Shown piece after piece: positions 1-11,923 of a DNA stretch of 64,000 nucleotides. The position numbers were made by a program, and so were the translations under genes. How positions within the stretch are numbered: position 1 is the stretch's first letter; each line of letters starts with the position of its first letter. Source of the stretch: Felis catus (lineage: Eukaryota); the NCBI RefSeq assembly GCF_018350175.1, contig NC_058368.1, positions 70,372,001 through 70,436,000 on the forward strand, given 5' to 3'. The notes under the pieces were generated by a model. That model was not told the DNA's origin, made no database searches, and saw only the letters and a list, made by a program, of their open reading frames with translations.

Positions 1-59
1 AAATACCTTATTTGATCTTTATTTTAAAAACTAAGATAATAATATCTAGTAATCTGAAC

Positions 60-130
60 TCTCAGATGAGCAAACTGAGGCTTAGGTGAAGTAACCTATT
101 CCAAGGCCTCAGTTCACCAGTGGCAAAGCC
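60..130 (-). mobile_element. MIR fragment
   Basis: CAGATGAGCAAACTGAGGC resembles the reverse-complemented MIR core. Confidence 0.55.
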
Positions 131-531
131 ACAGCTCACTTCATAAATGCAGACAAAACTGGTTTTTCCCTTTACTTTAATGCTTTAAAAATCCCTCTCC
201 ACCCTTACGTGATTATTCATCGATGTTTTATGCTGCTTCTTTTATTTATTTCACATGCAACTCTTATATTTAGTTATAATTTATTTTAGTATAAAAGGCA
301 GGGCCCCAACACTGTTTCTTTGCAACACCATTTACTGAATGGAGCGCACTCACCACATTTGACTACTCCTCCCATGATACCCTAAATGATTACACACACT
401 TAGTCCTATTTCTGGGTTTTCTCTTCATGCCACAGACCTTTCTCCCTGTCCTTGGGCATGACATAAAACCGTCACATTATTTACCCCCAAGGTTACACTT
501 AGGAAAAGATGTCTCTCAGAAGCATATATTC

Positions 532-742
532 AGGGACGCCTGGGTGGCACGGTCGGTTGAGCGTCCTACTTTTGATTTCAGCTCAGGTCATGATCTCACA
601 GTTTGTGAGTTCAAGCCCTGCACTGGGCTCTGCACTAACAGTGCGGAGCCTGCTTGGGATTCTCTGTCTTCTTCTCTGTCTACCTTTCCCCTGCTCACCT
701 TCTCACTCTCCCTCAAAAATAAATAAATTAAAATAAAATAAA
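532..742 (+). mobile_element. Can-SINE (SINEC)
   Basis: GGGACGCCTGGGTGGC head, CT-rich segment, AATAAA/A tail. Confidence 0.93.
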
Positions 743-2399
743 CCTAAATAGGTTTCAAAGAGACAAGGGAAAAAATATATATATATTTTGTGATGTACTC
801 TCAGCCAATCATTGAAATTGTTCTCCAAATTAGCAAACGTACCTCTCAAAATTTCTCCCCCTTCCTCCTAAAACTTGTCCCTCTTTGTCTAAGCTGCTGC
901 TTGCTCCTTCTTGGCCTAGCCAGGCATTCCAAGCAAGCATTTGTTCAATCTCTCATTCTTTTCTAGGAAAAAAGTCCCCCTTATCTCTGCCTCTTCCAGG
1001 TCCTGTTTAGTTCCTCAGAACACTTTCCCATGTGCACCAGTTCTGCCATCTCATCTTCCTCTATGCACTGAACCAACCATTTGACCTTTTAAATGTGCTC
1101 CCTTGTACTGTGATCCACCTTTCTATAGACTACTCACCTGTCCACCTGTTTAGATCATAAACCCTCAGGGCGAGGGCTCGCTCTAACACAGCAGCGTATC
1201 TCCACCAGTCAGCAAACAGTCCTAGCACAGAGAAGGCCCTCAATCCACGTGGAGAAAGATTTTACAATTCCTTCCCTCCCTTTTCAAACTCAAGGCATTA
1301 CTAATGCCCTCCTGTCTCCTAATATTCAAATGGACTAGAAACCAAAGAAATAGAACCTGTTGTTGATTATCTACTTAGAGATGGGCCTCCACCCTACTTC
1401 CTGTGTTTGGGGACATTTCTGTTTGTTAGGACTCCACCAGAGGGTGGAGAAAGACAGTGAGGTGATGCTCAGGCCAGTTCAGTTGCCGATTTACTAACAT
1501 ATCTGATTTGAAATTACAGCCAAAATGAGGTTTTACCTTACCCGAGGATTTCAAAGAACACCACCACTTGGGTCTCACGTTACCTCAGATAATACTGGAA
1601 CCTTGAGCTGACTGACCTAAGAGGGTGAGGAAGGCCTCAAGCACATATTCCAGGAGAGAATCAGCCCACACCTTCTGTCCATCCTCTGCCAGTAACACAA
1701 AGGAAAATTTAGTGACCTGACTCGGTTTCATTTCATTTCATACTGCTGGATGAAGGGCATGGAATAGTATCACTGGCAGGGGCTTGACATGGAAGGAGAG
1801 TTTGAAGCTGAACATACAGAGATAAGATCAATAAGGAAGTTGGCAGCCAGGTGACCCAGGCAGGCATCAATACCCAAGTTCATATACCTGGTAAACCCAC
1901 ACAAAGGCCCATGTCACAATATTTACACAAATCTTTCAGAGAAAGGATATTTTTAGGCCTTGGGTGATACAGTCCGTTAGATCTAGGCCATTATGATGCT
2001 ATCTTTAATAAATCTGAAAGACTCAAGCAAGGTAAAATGCTTTCAGGAGCTCCAAAAGCAATCACAACTCAGCCTGTCTCGGGGAACGTTTTCTTCTGAG
2101 CTTGCATATATTTTGAATGTACTGCCCTGCCCTCCCAACTATTCTAAATCATGGAAAACTAATTCTGGAATTGTGAGGACTCTTCCTTCATTAGCCAAAC
2201 TCATAAATTACTTTTCCCACAACCAAGACGATTACTAGCAATACATCTACTAATCATAAAAAGCAACTTAGAATTCAAGCCTGTTGATAAGGAAAGAGCC
2301 TCTAGGAACAACCTAGTACAGCACCTCATTTAATATAATGGAGCCCTAAAGTTCAGATAAGTTACACAACAGCACAGCGTGACTTAAGTGATTGGTCAA

Positions 2400-2620
2400 A
2401 TATACGCCAGGCATTGTCAAAGAGCTTTCTCTATATTACTCATTTAATCCTCCTAACCAACCCTAAAAAAATAAGTACGGTTATTATCTCTACTCCACAG
2501 ATAAGGAAACTGAGGCACAGCAAGTTTAAGTTATATGCCTAAGACTGCCCAGCTGGTAAGGGGCAGAGCTTGACTTACAAACCACATGCTCTGCCTCCAG
2601 AACCCATGGTCTAAACTACT
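2400..2620 (-). mobile_element. MIR
   Basis: CATTTAATCCTC...ACAGATAAGGAAACTGAGGCACAG MIR core. Confidence 0.8.
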
Positions 2621-2705
2621 AAGCCTTTAGGATTAAAACCCAGGACTCCTAACCCCAGATAGGGTCCTCACTACCATAATTCTAAGCCTCACGAAAGAGA
2701 GAACC

Positions 2706-2792
2706 AGAGCAGCTGGCTGACTCAGTAGACCATGTGACTCTTGATCTCAGGGTCATGAGTTCAAGCCCCACATTGGGTGTGGAACCTACCTT

Positions 2793-2863
<71 letters not shown>

Positions 2864-2877
2864 AGAAAAAAGAAAGA
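2706..2877 (+). mobile_element. Short Can-SINE whose tail has expanded into a (GAAA)n microsatellite (2793-2877)
   Basis: CTGGCTGACTCAGTAGA...GTTCAAGCCCCAC head followed by a GAAA array. Confidence 0.85.
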
Positions 2878-3489
2878 GCTAACCACATTTGAAAAGGTCT
2901 GCAAACCTTATTTAAATCCTGATTAGAACAAACTACCTATCAAAGATGTTTTTTAAGCAATCTGGGAAACCTGAAGAGTATATCAACAATTACTGTTGAT
3001 GGCATTATGTTGATGGCATGATGGCATTATACTTCCATACAAAATATCCTTATTTTTAACAATACGTACTAGGAGTATGGGGAGAAAGGACAAGAGACCC
3101 GGAATTCACAAACATACACACATACACAAAATAAAAAATGGACAGTTGAAGCAAACTTAGGTAAAATCTTGATAATTATTGAATCTGTGTGGTAGACTAT
3201 GAGGGTTCATTATACTATTCTCTCCACTTTTTTGTATGTTTATTTTCAAGCTCTTTGAATTAATACAAAATCATTTTTAAAGGCCCGCAAACCTGAGCCT
3301 ATGAAAAATGAAGCTATCAAACAATGAAAAACTTATAAGCACGTCTCACTTTCACATTTTAAAGTTTGTTTTTAAACAGCAGCCTTTAGTACCCACTAAA
3401 CTATTAATTTTGTTGTTTCTGATCTCACTACCAGCCACTCACCAGTACTAGAAGCAAGGGAAGAACTAGTTATATCCATATTCCTTTCA

Positions 3490-3736
3490 TTTTTATCTTC
3501 ATGAGGTCCCAATAGTTCATTTTTGCTTTTAATTCCCTTGCCCTTGGGGATGTGTCAAGTAAGAAATTGCTGAGGCTGAGGTCAGAGAGGTTTTTTCCTG
3601 CTTTCTCCTCTAGGGTTTTGATGGTTTCCTGTCTCATACTCAGGTCCTTTATCCATTTTGAGTTTATTTTTGTGAATGGTGTAAGAAAGTGGTCTAGTTT
3701 CATTCTTCTGCATGCTGCTGTCCAGTTCTCCTAGCA
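3490..3736 (-). mobile_element. Young L1 ORF2 internal fragment
   Basis: Translates to MKLDHFLTPFTKINSKWIKDL...KAKMNYWDLMKIK (L1 ORF2p C-terminal half). Flanked by the direct repeat CATTTTTA. Confidence 0.92.
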
Positions 3737-3864
3737 CATTTTTAACTAATCTTACCCCATCTGCAAAATTGCTTTATTAGTCAGCTAGTTAAGAGTATTT
3801 ATTGAGCATTTACTATGCTGTAGGCATTGTGTTAGCACTGACCCAAGTTGTCAAAGACAGAGCA

Positions 3865-4145
3865 ATCCTCTGTCCCTCTCTCTCTGCCTCTCTCCCACTT
3901 GCACTTTCTCAAAAATAAATAAAACATTAAAAAAAAAAAAAGAGGGGTGCCTGGGGGGCTGAAATGGTTGAATGTCCGACTTCAGCTCAGGTCATGATCT
4001 CACGGTTTGTGAGTTCAAGCCCCACATGGGGCTCGCTGCTGTCAGCACAGAGCTGGCTTCAGATCCTCTCTGTCCCGCTGTCTCTGCTCCTCCCCAGCTT
4101 GTGCTTTCTCAAAAATAAAAACATTTAAAAAAAAAAAAAAAAAAA
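3865..4145 (+). mobile_element. 5'-truncated Can-SINE (3865-3941) followed by a full Can-SINE (3944-4145)
   Basis: Two CT/A tails. Outer direct repeat AAAG(A/G)CAGAGCA. Confidence 0.88.
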
Positions 4146-6289
4146 GGCAGAGCAGAGTAATACTTCCATCTAAGCATGGATCATTAGACCATGGGACTCC
4201 AAACCGTGGCTTGGTTGCTGTTCCGCCTCCTGCAAGGATCAGGGGCACCTCCTTATGTCCTCCTAGACCAAAGCCAGACCAGAACTTATGTGGCAGGAGC
4301 ACCTACTGTGACTTCCTGATGGACACTGGGGAGCATGAAGAAGAAGGTGGTAGCAGAGTGCCTGGGAGGAGGTGAAAAGAGTGAGGTTAATGGGTTATTT
4401 TTAGGATCTATAAACTGTCTCCGATTCCTCCTTCTGCAATGCAGAACCACTGCAATGCACTTCCCATTCAGCTTGGGGGCCCCTCAAATGCCCCAGCGAG
4501 GACACCAGCTTTCCTGCAATTTGTATTTGTTTCATCATACAAGTGACCACCCACAGAGGACACTAAGAGTTGAGACACCAGCCAGGCATCTGACGGTCCA
4601 TGCCAGAGGGTGCCAGGGAAAACAGATGTAGCAGTAAAGTGTCATGAGGTACCACGGAAGTGTGTCAGACATGGGAATGGACACTACCAGGTCACTATCA
4701 GTAGGCCATCCTCCAGTGGGAAGGGCAGATACTCAAGGAATGTTGCACATCTACGTCTGTTGCAAGGTTGTGCCTATATTGGCACTTCTGTGCTCAACCT
4801 GATGGTCATTAAACTAGAACCTCCTCTTCAGTTCAAGTCTGCCAGAACTTTGGAAATCATGGCACAGTCATGTTTTACTTACTCTTCTTTTGCCTCAAAT
4901 CCCTGCTGAGGGCAGTGGCTCCCGGTTCAAAGAACTAAATTTCACGTGAGAACAGAAAAGACGCCACAGATGTTGCAGGCTTTATCCTTAACACACATAC
5001 AATGGCAAAAATCAAGAGGATGCAGGAAGTCCTCCTTAGACGAAAGGAAGAGAAGTCAGTTTGGGTTATGGAGGAGAAGCCAGGTTCTAGTCTATTCCCA
5101 ACTCCTACTCTACTCTTACCACCCACTGATCAAGTGCAGTAGAAAAGCAAAATAAAATCCCTATTTTATTACGGACGGACTGGTTGGAGTTTGAGGAATC
5201 TGGGGTGATCTGGCAGAGCTGTCAACTGAGAGAAAAATCAAACTAAGCAAGCTGGACACGGAAATCAGCAAAGTTTCATCTCCAATCTCCACAAACGTCA
5301 TTCATGTCATCCTGTGTCTGCCCAGGAAGGGCATCTATCTGCCACCAGAAAGATGCCCCAGCTCCTGTGTCAAGGGACCTGCACTCCACTGGACAATACC
5401 CCACACAGAGGGCCACAAAGCACAGACAATCACTTCCAAGGCCCATCTTCCCGCATGGTTCCAACAAACACGAGTCACCCGCCCACAAACAAGCCCCTTT
5501 CCAGAAAACAAATGCCAACGACGATGCAAGGAGCAGCTAAAAGTTTCCAGCTGCCCCAGAGAACATGCTGCCATCAAAAGTCGCTCCTCTCCCGAGCCAT
5601 CTGAGTGATCTGGATGTACTGCGTTTCCAAATATAGCAGGACCAGCCCTGGTTGTGGAGAAGTCGATTTAAAACTTCATCATCCTACACCCAGAGGCCTA
5701 TTCTTTAAAGATGTTCTGCTACAACCCGATTAATCTTGGACCTCATTGCTTCGCTTGCTTCAAATCCCCAAACTCCATAGTAATTTGCACCAGTGCTGAA
5801 ATTACCAAGGGTTTCTATCACGCCCCCTAACCCTTCCGAAGAGGAGGCCAAACCTCAGGAAGCCGGCTTAAGGGGAGGGGGCGGAACCGCTTCCCTTCTG
5901 GAGCTCAGCCCACCCAAAGGGTACGCAGGGCCACCTCTTACCCAGGGTTTTGGACTGAAAAAGGAAGCCCCCACCTCCACTCCCCTGAGTCCCTCCAGGC
6001 CACAGGTGTCAAGCCCCTCCTGAATACCGGAAGAGCAGGGGACTGCGGGAGAAACGGGGGCAAAGGAGAGTAAAGCCCCATTTGGCAGAAGGAGGTAAAC
6101 TTCGGGGTGGGAGGGGACTAGTTGAGGGAGATGGCGATCTCACTCGCAGGAAATTCCCAGGAGGGAAGGGGCAGCAGTAGTGGGGAGAGGAACCCCGGAC
6201 TCAGGGTGGGGATGTGGAAGTTGCTGCCCCTCCGGGACCTTCCCTTCTCCCCTGTGCAGCATCCACCACCTCTTAATCCTGCGGTCCTA

Positions 6290-8130
6290 GCTGAGTCGGG
6301 CGGCTCGGCCTGGGCCCGACCGACTTAGAGGAGCGTGGAGGAGGTGGCCGCCCGCCCGCCTCCCACCATCTGTGGTCCCGCACTCACCAGGAGCACCGAG
6401 CCGCGCACCACCTCCGACACGCTCTGCCGCAGCTCGGCCGCCGTGCCCGGCTTACTCAGCGCCCGGGTGAACTTCCGAGTCTCCGCCGAGGCAGAGAGCA
6501 GCGGCGGCTGCGACATCCTCGCCGCCTCTGCCGCCGCCGCGCCTGCTCCCGCGGTCCGGCCCGGCCGCGCCGCCGCCAGGTGCGCCTTGGGCGCCGGGCC
6601 TGGCCCGCAGGCAGCTCCCGGCGCTGCCGCCCGCCCGCTCCCCCTGCCGTTCGCCGCTCGTCCTGGCGGGGCAACCGGGGCCGCGCCCTCCGCACCGTGT
6701 CACGCCCCGAGGCGCTCCCCCAGGCGTCCGCGGTCCCCCGCGCTCAGAGCAACGCCCGGGCTCGCTAGGCGCGACCGTGAGTGTGGCGGCGGCGGCGGCG
6801 GCTCCCCCATGCCACCAGCCTCCCTCGGCGGCCGCTTGCCGGGCCGCCTCCTCGGGGCGGGGTGTCCGGCGCGGCGCGGGGCGGGGCGGGGCGGACGGAG
6901 GAGGGGCCGGCGCGGCGGGACGGCGGGCCCGGCAGGTCGGCCCGGTAGGCGCCGAACGGCGGGAGCGAGGTGGCGGGACGCTGGGCTGCGGGACAGGTGG
7001 GGGCGCCTGCGCTTCTCGGGCCGCACGTCCGAAGACCCGAGGTGAGGGCCGCGCACGCCGCCGACTGGGCGCACAATCCGGGGCTGGAGCGGGACCGAGT
7101 TCCCGAAACCAGCGCCTGTCTAAAGGGACCCTGCGGTCAGCGGCAGGGTGCGGGCTCCGTGGCACCACGCCCCCTGTGGGCCGGGGGCCTCTGGGGTCTC
7201 AGGAAGGTGGGCTTTATGCTGCACCTAGAGAGCACAGGGCCGTTGGACAGAAAAGCGGTCGTGCGGGCCCGGAGGGAGCGCCCTGTCTGGGACCCTGCCT
7301 GGAGCGCCACACGCACTCGCATTGGCGCTTCTCGGCCTAAAACCACCATTCCGCCCCCAGAAGCGTGGTGCGAACGGCGAGGAGCCTCTCTGAACCGAAG
7401 GGAGCGTCCCCGGGTGAGGGGCGGCGCAGGCCGGTACAGCCGCTGCGAGTCCCGCAGACCCCGGCCCCGCAACGGCGACCTGCTGCGTCACCTTGGGCGG
7501 GATCAAAACTTCTGAGGCTGGCCTATCTCTTGTGTAAACTGAGGACTATAACCTGCAAGAGGCTGAAGTGACACCACAAGCGTTCCTGCCGCCCTTCCGC
7601 GGCCGGACGGGAACGCGAGGCGCGGAGCCCGGGAAACCCAGAAGCGCCGGCCTGCTAGCCCCACGAGACCCAGGAGCTGGCGGCTGCTAGCGACAGCCAT
7701 CGATCTGAGGAGCTTCCTCTCACAGGCTTTCCCACTTTCTCGTCCCTAAGGGGCCCCACCGCCGTGTCTCCTTTTTCCCTCTTTTCTGAGGAAATCCCGA
7801 GCAGCCTAACTCTGACCCCGCCGGAGAGAGGGCGCCCAGGGAGGAGGGAATTTGCGCTGGGCCCAGAGCGCATGCTCAGTGGTTTGGGTTTGGGCGGGTT
7901 CCCGCGGCGGGGAGCCCATCTTAAAGGCGGCCCCTCTGATTGGCCGGTCTTTTCAGGCCACGCCCATTGCCTGCTGATGGACAGCTCCTTACCTGCCGGG
8001 TCGGATTCCGCAGCGCGAGGTGGTAGCTTGGAACAGGCCTCGGGAGGAATCGCCGCCGGCGCTCAAGCCTAAGTGCCTGGAGGCGTCCTAATCGCCGTCT
8101 TCGCGACGAAGGAGCCTGCCCATTGCGTCC
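6290..8130. promoter_or_regulatory. CpG island / DOCK9 promoter and 5' UTR
   Basis: Very high GC and CpG density. Tandem GGGCGG GC boxes at ~6855-6895, (GGC)6 at 6785-6802, ATTGG (CCAAT) at ~7321 and ~7939, and GCGCATGC at ~7868. Confidence 0.92.
6388..6516 (-). CDS. DOCK9: DOCK9 (Zizimin-1, Cdc42 GEF) first coding exon; the gene continues beyond the left edge of the window
   Basis: Translates to [43 protein letters not shown] (43 aa), which I recognise as the DOCK9 N-terminus. ATG context is gcgAggATGt. The exon ends at a canonical donor CTG|GTGAGT (phase 0) and lies in a CpG island. Confidence 0.95.
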
Positions 8131-8799
8131 CACCCCACCAGAAAGCCAAACACTGGCCTACATCGGAATCTTAAAGCGGTAGGAAAAACTAGCAATCTCG
8201 TGCAGAAAGCAAAACACCACCGTTCAGGACTTAATGGGCGGGTCTAGCATATAATAAAACTGGAGGTTAGGCATGCAGTTAGCGCCCAATAGAAGCTTGC
8301 TGAATTGGATTGTTTTCCTAGGAGGTTGGAATGCAGGATGTGGCACTTGAGTGAGCCTAACAGGCTGAAAGATACACAAAACAAGTCATGTGTGATAACA
8401 AAAACAATTACACACTAACCCATTTCCTCCTCTGCGAAATAAGGGAATAGCCTAGACATTTCCCAGTCCTCTCCTGTTCCAAGAGTAGAACTGGGTGACC
8501 CCAACAAAGTCGGGTAGATGCAGGCCCGTATCTTCCAGCCCTTGGGGGAAACTTGTGCTGTTCTGTATGAGCGTGCACTTCGTCTGGTCTACACTGGGGT
8601 ATGTCAGTTCTATTCTTACCTAAACTATTAGATGCTAGTCTGAGAATCCTAAATTAAGATTTCCCTTTCGGCTTCTGACTCCTGAAGTAGTCCCAGACAG
8701 CACAAACCTTTACTCCACTATGTTACCTTGGCTCTCTAGACCATTTCTACTTCCGAAGAAGGCAAACATCATATTTTTGTTTATTAAAAACAGCAAAAG

Positions 8800-9024
8800 G
8801 GGGCGCCTGGGTGGCTCTGTCGGTTTGGCGTCAGACTTCGCCTCAGGTCATGATCTCGCGGTTTGTGGGTTCCAGCCCCACATCGGGCTCTGAGCTGCCA
8901 GCACAGAGCCTGGAACCTGCTTCAGATTCTGTGTCTCCCTCTCACTCTGCCTCTCTCCTGCTCACGCTCTGCCTCTCTCTCTCTCTCTCTCTCAATAATA
9001 AATAAATGTTTAAAAAAACAAAAC
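8800..9024 (+). mobile_element. Can-SINE
   Basis: Full structure; TSD AAAAACAGCAAAAG. Confidence 0.95.
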
Positions 9025-9119
9025 AAAAAAACAGCAAAAGCATGCAAGGTTATGGGGTTTTCTTTTTTTTCTTTCTTCCCCTTTTTGTTTTAAGAGACAT
9101 ATAAATAAAGAAAAGAACA

Positions 9120-9335
9120 GGGGTGCCTGGGTGGCTCAGTCGGTTAAGCGTCCAACTTTGGCTTAGGTTATGATCTCACAGTTTGTGATTTCGAGACCCA
9201 CAAGGGGCTCTGTGCTGACAGCTGGGAGCCTGGAGCCTGCTTCAGATTCTGTGTCTCCCTCTCACTCTGCTCCTCCCCTACTCATGCTCCGTCTCAAAAA
9301 TAAATAAATGTTTTTAAAAAATTTTTAAGAAAAAA
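9120..9335 (+). mobile_element. Can-SINE
   Basis: Full structure; TSD AAAGAAAAGAACA. Confidence 0.95.
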
Positions 9336-9529
9336 AGAAAAGAACATGTCCAGAAAGTGAGGAGTTCCCCAAACCTTCTCCTAATTTCATCCTATATCAG
9401 TTCTGAATTCTTTGCTTGCTTACTAATTCAATAGATTCTAGAGCAGGCAGATTTTCATTTAGGAAACAGAGGATGATGTGTAAGGTGCTGACAGTAGTCA
9501 CTAACAATGTCTAATCAAGTGCAAATTCT

Positions 9530-9647
9530 TTTTTTTTTTTTTTAAGATTTTATTTTTAAGTAATCTCTACACCCAACCTGGGGCTCAAACTCACAAGCCC
9601 AATATCAAGAGACTCATCCTCTATTCACTGAGCCAGCCAAGTGCCCT
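9530..9647 (-). mobile_element. Short Can-SINE
   Basis: T-run plus reversed head; TSD TCAAGTGCAA(A/G)TTCT. Confidence 0.9.
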
Positions 9648-9807
9648 TCAAGTGCAAGTTCTAATAGAGAAGGAGGCATGGAACATGTGAACTAGGAATA
9701 TCGATTTTCCCAGCAACCCAGAGCTGAGCCTTTATTTCCTGATGAAGTGTGTCATTAACAAATGGGACATTTCTTATGTTTAAGTTTGAGCAGAAACTTG
9801 TTCCTTC

Positions 9808-10378
9808 TGTTACGCGTTGAATTGTGTCCCCTAAAAAGACATATTGGAGTCCTAACACTGGTACCTGTGAATGTGACCTTAATTTGCAAATAGGATCTTT
9901 GTGGATGGCATCAAGTTAAAATGAGGTCATACTGGGGGTGCCTGCCTGGCACAGTTGGTAAGAGCATGGGACTCTTGATCCCAGGGTCTTGAGTTTGAGC
10001 CCCACGTTGGGTGTAAAGCCTACTAAAAAAAAAAAGAGGGAGGTCATACTGGCATACTGGATACTGGACCAATGTGACTGGTGCCCTTTTGAGAAGAGAA
10101 GAGACACAGACACACAAGCAGAAGGCCCTGTGACAAAAAGAGGCAGCGATTGGAATGATGCATCTACACGCCAAGGAATGCCGAAGATTGTTGGCAACCA
10201 CCAGAAGCTGGATGGAACAAAGAAGGATTCTTCCCTTGAGCCTTTGGTGGAGCAGAGTGAGCCTACTGACACCTAGACTTTAGATTTCTAGCCTCCTGTG
10301 AGAGAATAAATTCTGCTGTGCTAAACTAAGCTACCCAGTTTATGATACTTCACTACAGCAACCTTGGAAACTAACATA
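9808..10378 (+). mobile_element. MaLR solo LTR (MLT1C-like) interrupted by a short Can-SINE (9934-10035)
   Basis: Starts TGTTACGCGTTGAATTGTGTCCCC; ends AATAAATTC...GGAAACTAACATA. GAGGTCATACTG is duplicated around the SINE. Confidence 0.88.
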
Positions 10379-10532
10379 CTTACCAAAGGCTATTTTTTTT
10401 TTAAGTCTCCACCAGAGCGGACTTAGAATTATCTAAGTTTTTACTGCATCAACTCTCATGAGAAGTGTCACACCTTTCTAGGAGAACGAGCATCACCTCC
10501 AGGCAAGGGTACTGCATGGATTGGAGATAGGT

Positions 10533-10580
10533 GGTGTTTAAGGTGTGTTAAGGTATGTTTAAGGTGTTAAGGTGTTTAAG
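10533..10580. repeat. Short ~10-bp tandem repeat (AAGGTGTTT-like, ~5 copies)
   Basis: ggtgtttaaggtgtgttaaggtatgtttaaggtgttaaggtgtttaag. Confidence 0.8.
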
Positions 10581-11147
10581 ATATAGCCATCTATTTTAGC
10601 TTGAGGGAGTAACCCATCACTAGTTTTCCAAAACTATAAGAAGAAAGCTTTCCTTTCTATTGAGGATGATACTAGTAGGTAATGGAGATGAAATATAATT
10701 GCAGCCAGTTTTGGAAATGTGCATATAAATGACTGGGCCTCACCCAAGTACTTATAGTTCAAGCATTAGCCATCTTTTACTGATAACTTCTTACTGCATC
10801 ATTTCCTTGTTAGGTTTGCTTTTAGGATTTGTATGTGTCTTAATGATGCATAATTAGTTTAAAATCTTTTCCAGGTAAATCTTGAAAGAACATATCTGTT
10901 TTTAGTGTACATAAAAAGTATCCTGTAAAGAGTTGCCAGTCCTGTGGATTGTAGCATCCAAGGAAGTAGGAAGGGGGCTTTCATTTTTTTATTTTATCCT
11001 TGCATTGACTGAATTTTTAAAATTAAGCATCTGTGACTGTTGTACTTTTTTTTTTCTTACTAAAGCTGGACATTTTCTTTTACCAAATATGTTGAACTCT
11101 GTTATATACAAGGCACTACTAGAGATCAGTATAATAATAAAATTATG

Positions 11148-11317
11148 AGGGGCACCTAGGTGGCTCAGTCAGTTAAGCATCTGACTTAAGCTCAGGTCAT
11201 GATCTCGCCGTTTGTGGGTTCGAGCCCCGCATCAGGCTCTGTGCTGACTGCTCAGAGCCTGGAGCCTGCTTCAGATTCTCTGTGTCCCTCACTCTCTGCC
11301 CCTCCCCTGCTCACATT

Positions 11318-11359
<42 letters not shown>

Positions 11360-11615
11360 AATAAACATTAAAAAAAATTTTTAGGGGCGTCTGGGTGGCT
11401 CAGTTGGTAAAGTGTCTGACATTAGTTCAGGTCATGATCTCACAGTTCATGGGTTTGAGCCCCATATTGGTCTCTGCACTGACAGCTCAGAGCCTGGAAC
11501 CTGCTTCGGATTCTGTGTTTCCCTCTCTCTCTGCCCCTCGCTTTCTCATGCTGTCTCTCTCTTTCTCTCTCAAGAATAATAAACATTTAAAAAATGTTAA
11601 ATATTTAAAATTTTT
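11148..11615 (+). mobile_element. Two tandem Can-SINEs (11148-11382, 11384-11615)
   Basis: Two full heads and tails; outer TSD AAAATTATGA. Confidence 0.93.
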
Positions 11616-11923
11616 AAAATTATGAAGTTAGTGAAAAGACAGTTTTTTATTGTGTCAAAATGTTCATAATGTACCCTTAAAAGAGTATCGTTCAATATCC
11701 TTTCAAATGAAGTCATTATTACCATACCTAGTTGTTTTCTATATTTATTATAATCATTAATTATAATTCAACTGTTTTAGACTATAGCATAGAGCATCAT
11801 TTCATGTTATGTTTGAACTGTTCTTTTTATAATAAATTGTTGCTTTGCTACAAAACTAATAATAAAGAGGGACTAATAATTTAGCTTGGAAAAAGAGAAG
11901 ATACCTGTTTTAAAATAGAATTT

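Larger units (their letters stand above)
1..6387 (-). other. DOCK9: DOCK9 intron 1 (partial)
   Basis: Downstream of the GT donor at 6387-6386; the next exon (AKPKLIEPLDY...) was not seen in the window. Confidence 0.85.

Noticed and set aside
6325..6387. C-terminal 20 aa of the 63-aa ORF (VSAGPQMV...)
   Set aside because: Read-through into the intron beyond the GTGAGT donor; not DOCK9 protein.
6335..7515. Long overlapping ORFs (236, 238, 187 and 181 aa) on both strands of the CpG island
   Set aside because: Low-complexity Ala/Arg/Gly/Pro translations are expected from stop-poor GC-rich DNA; no recognisable domain.
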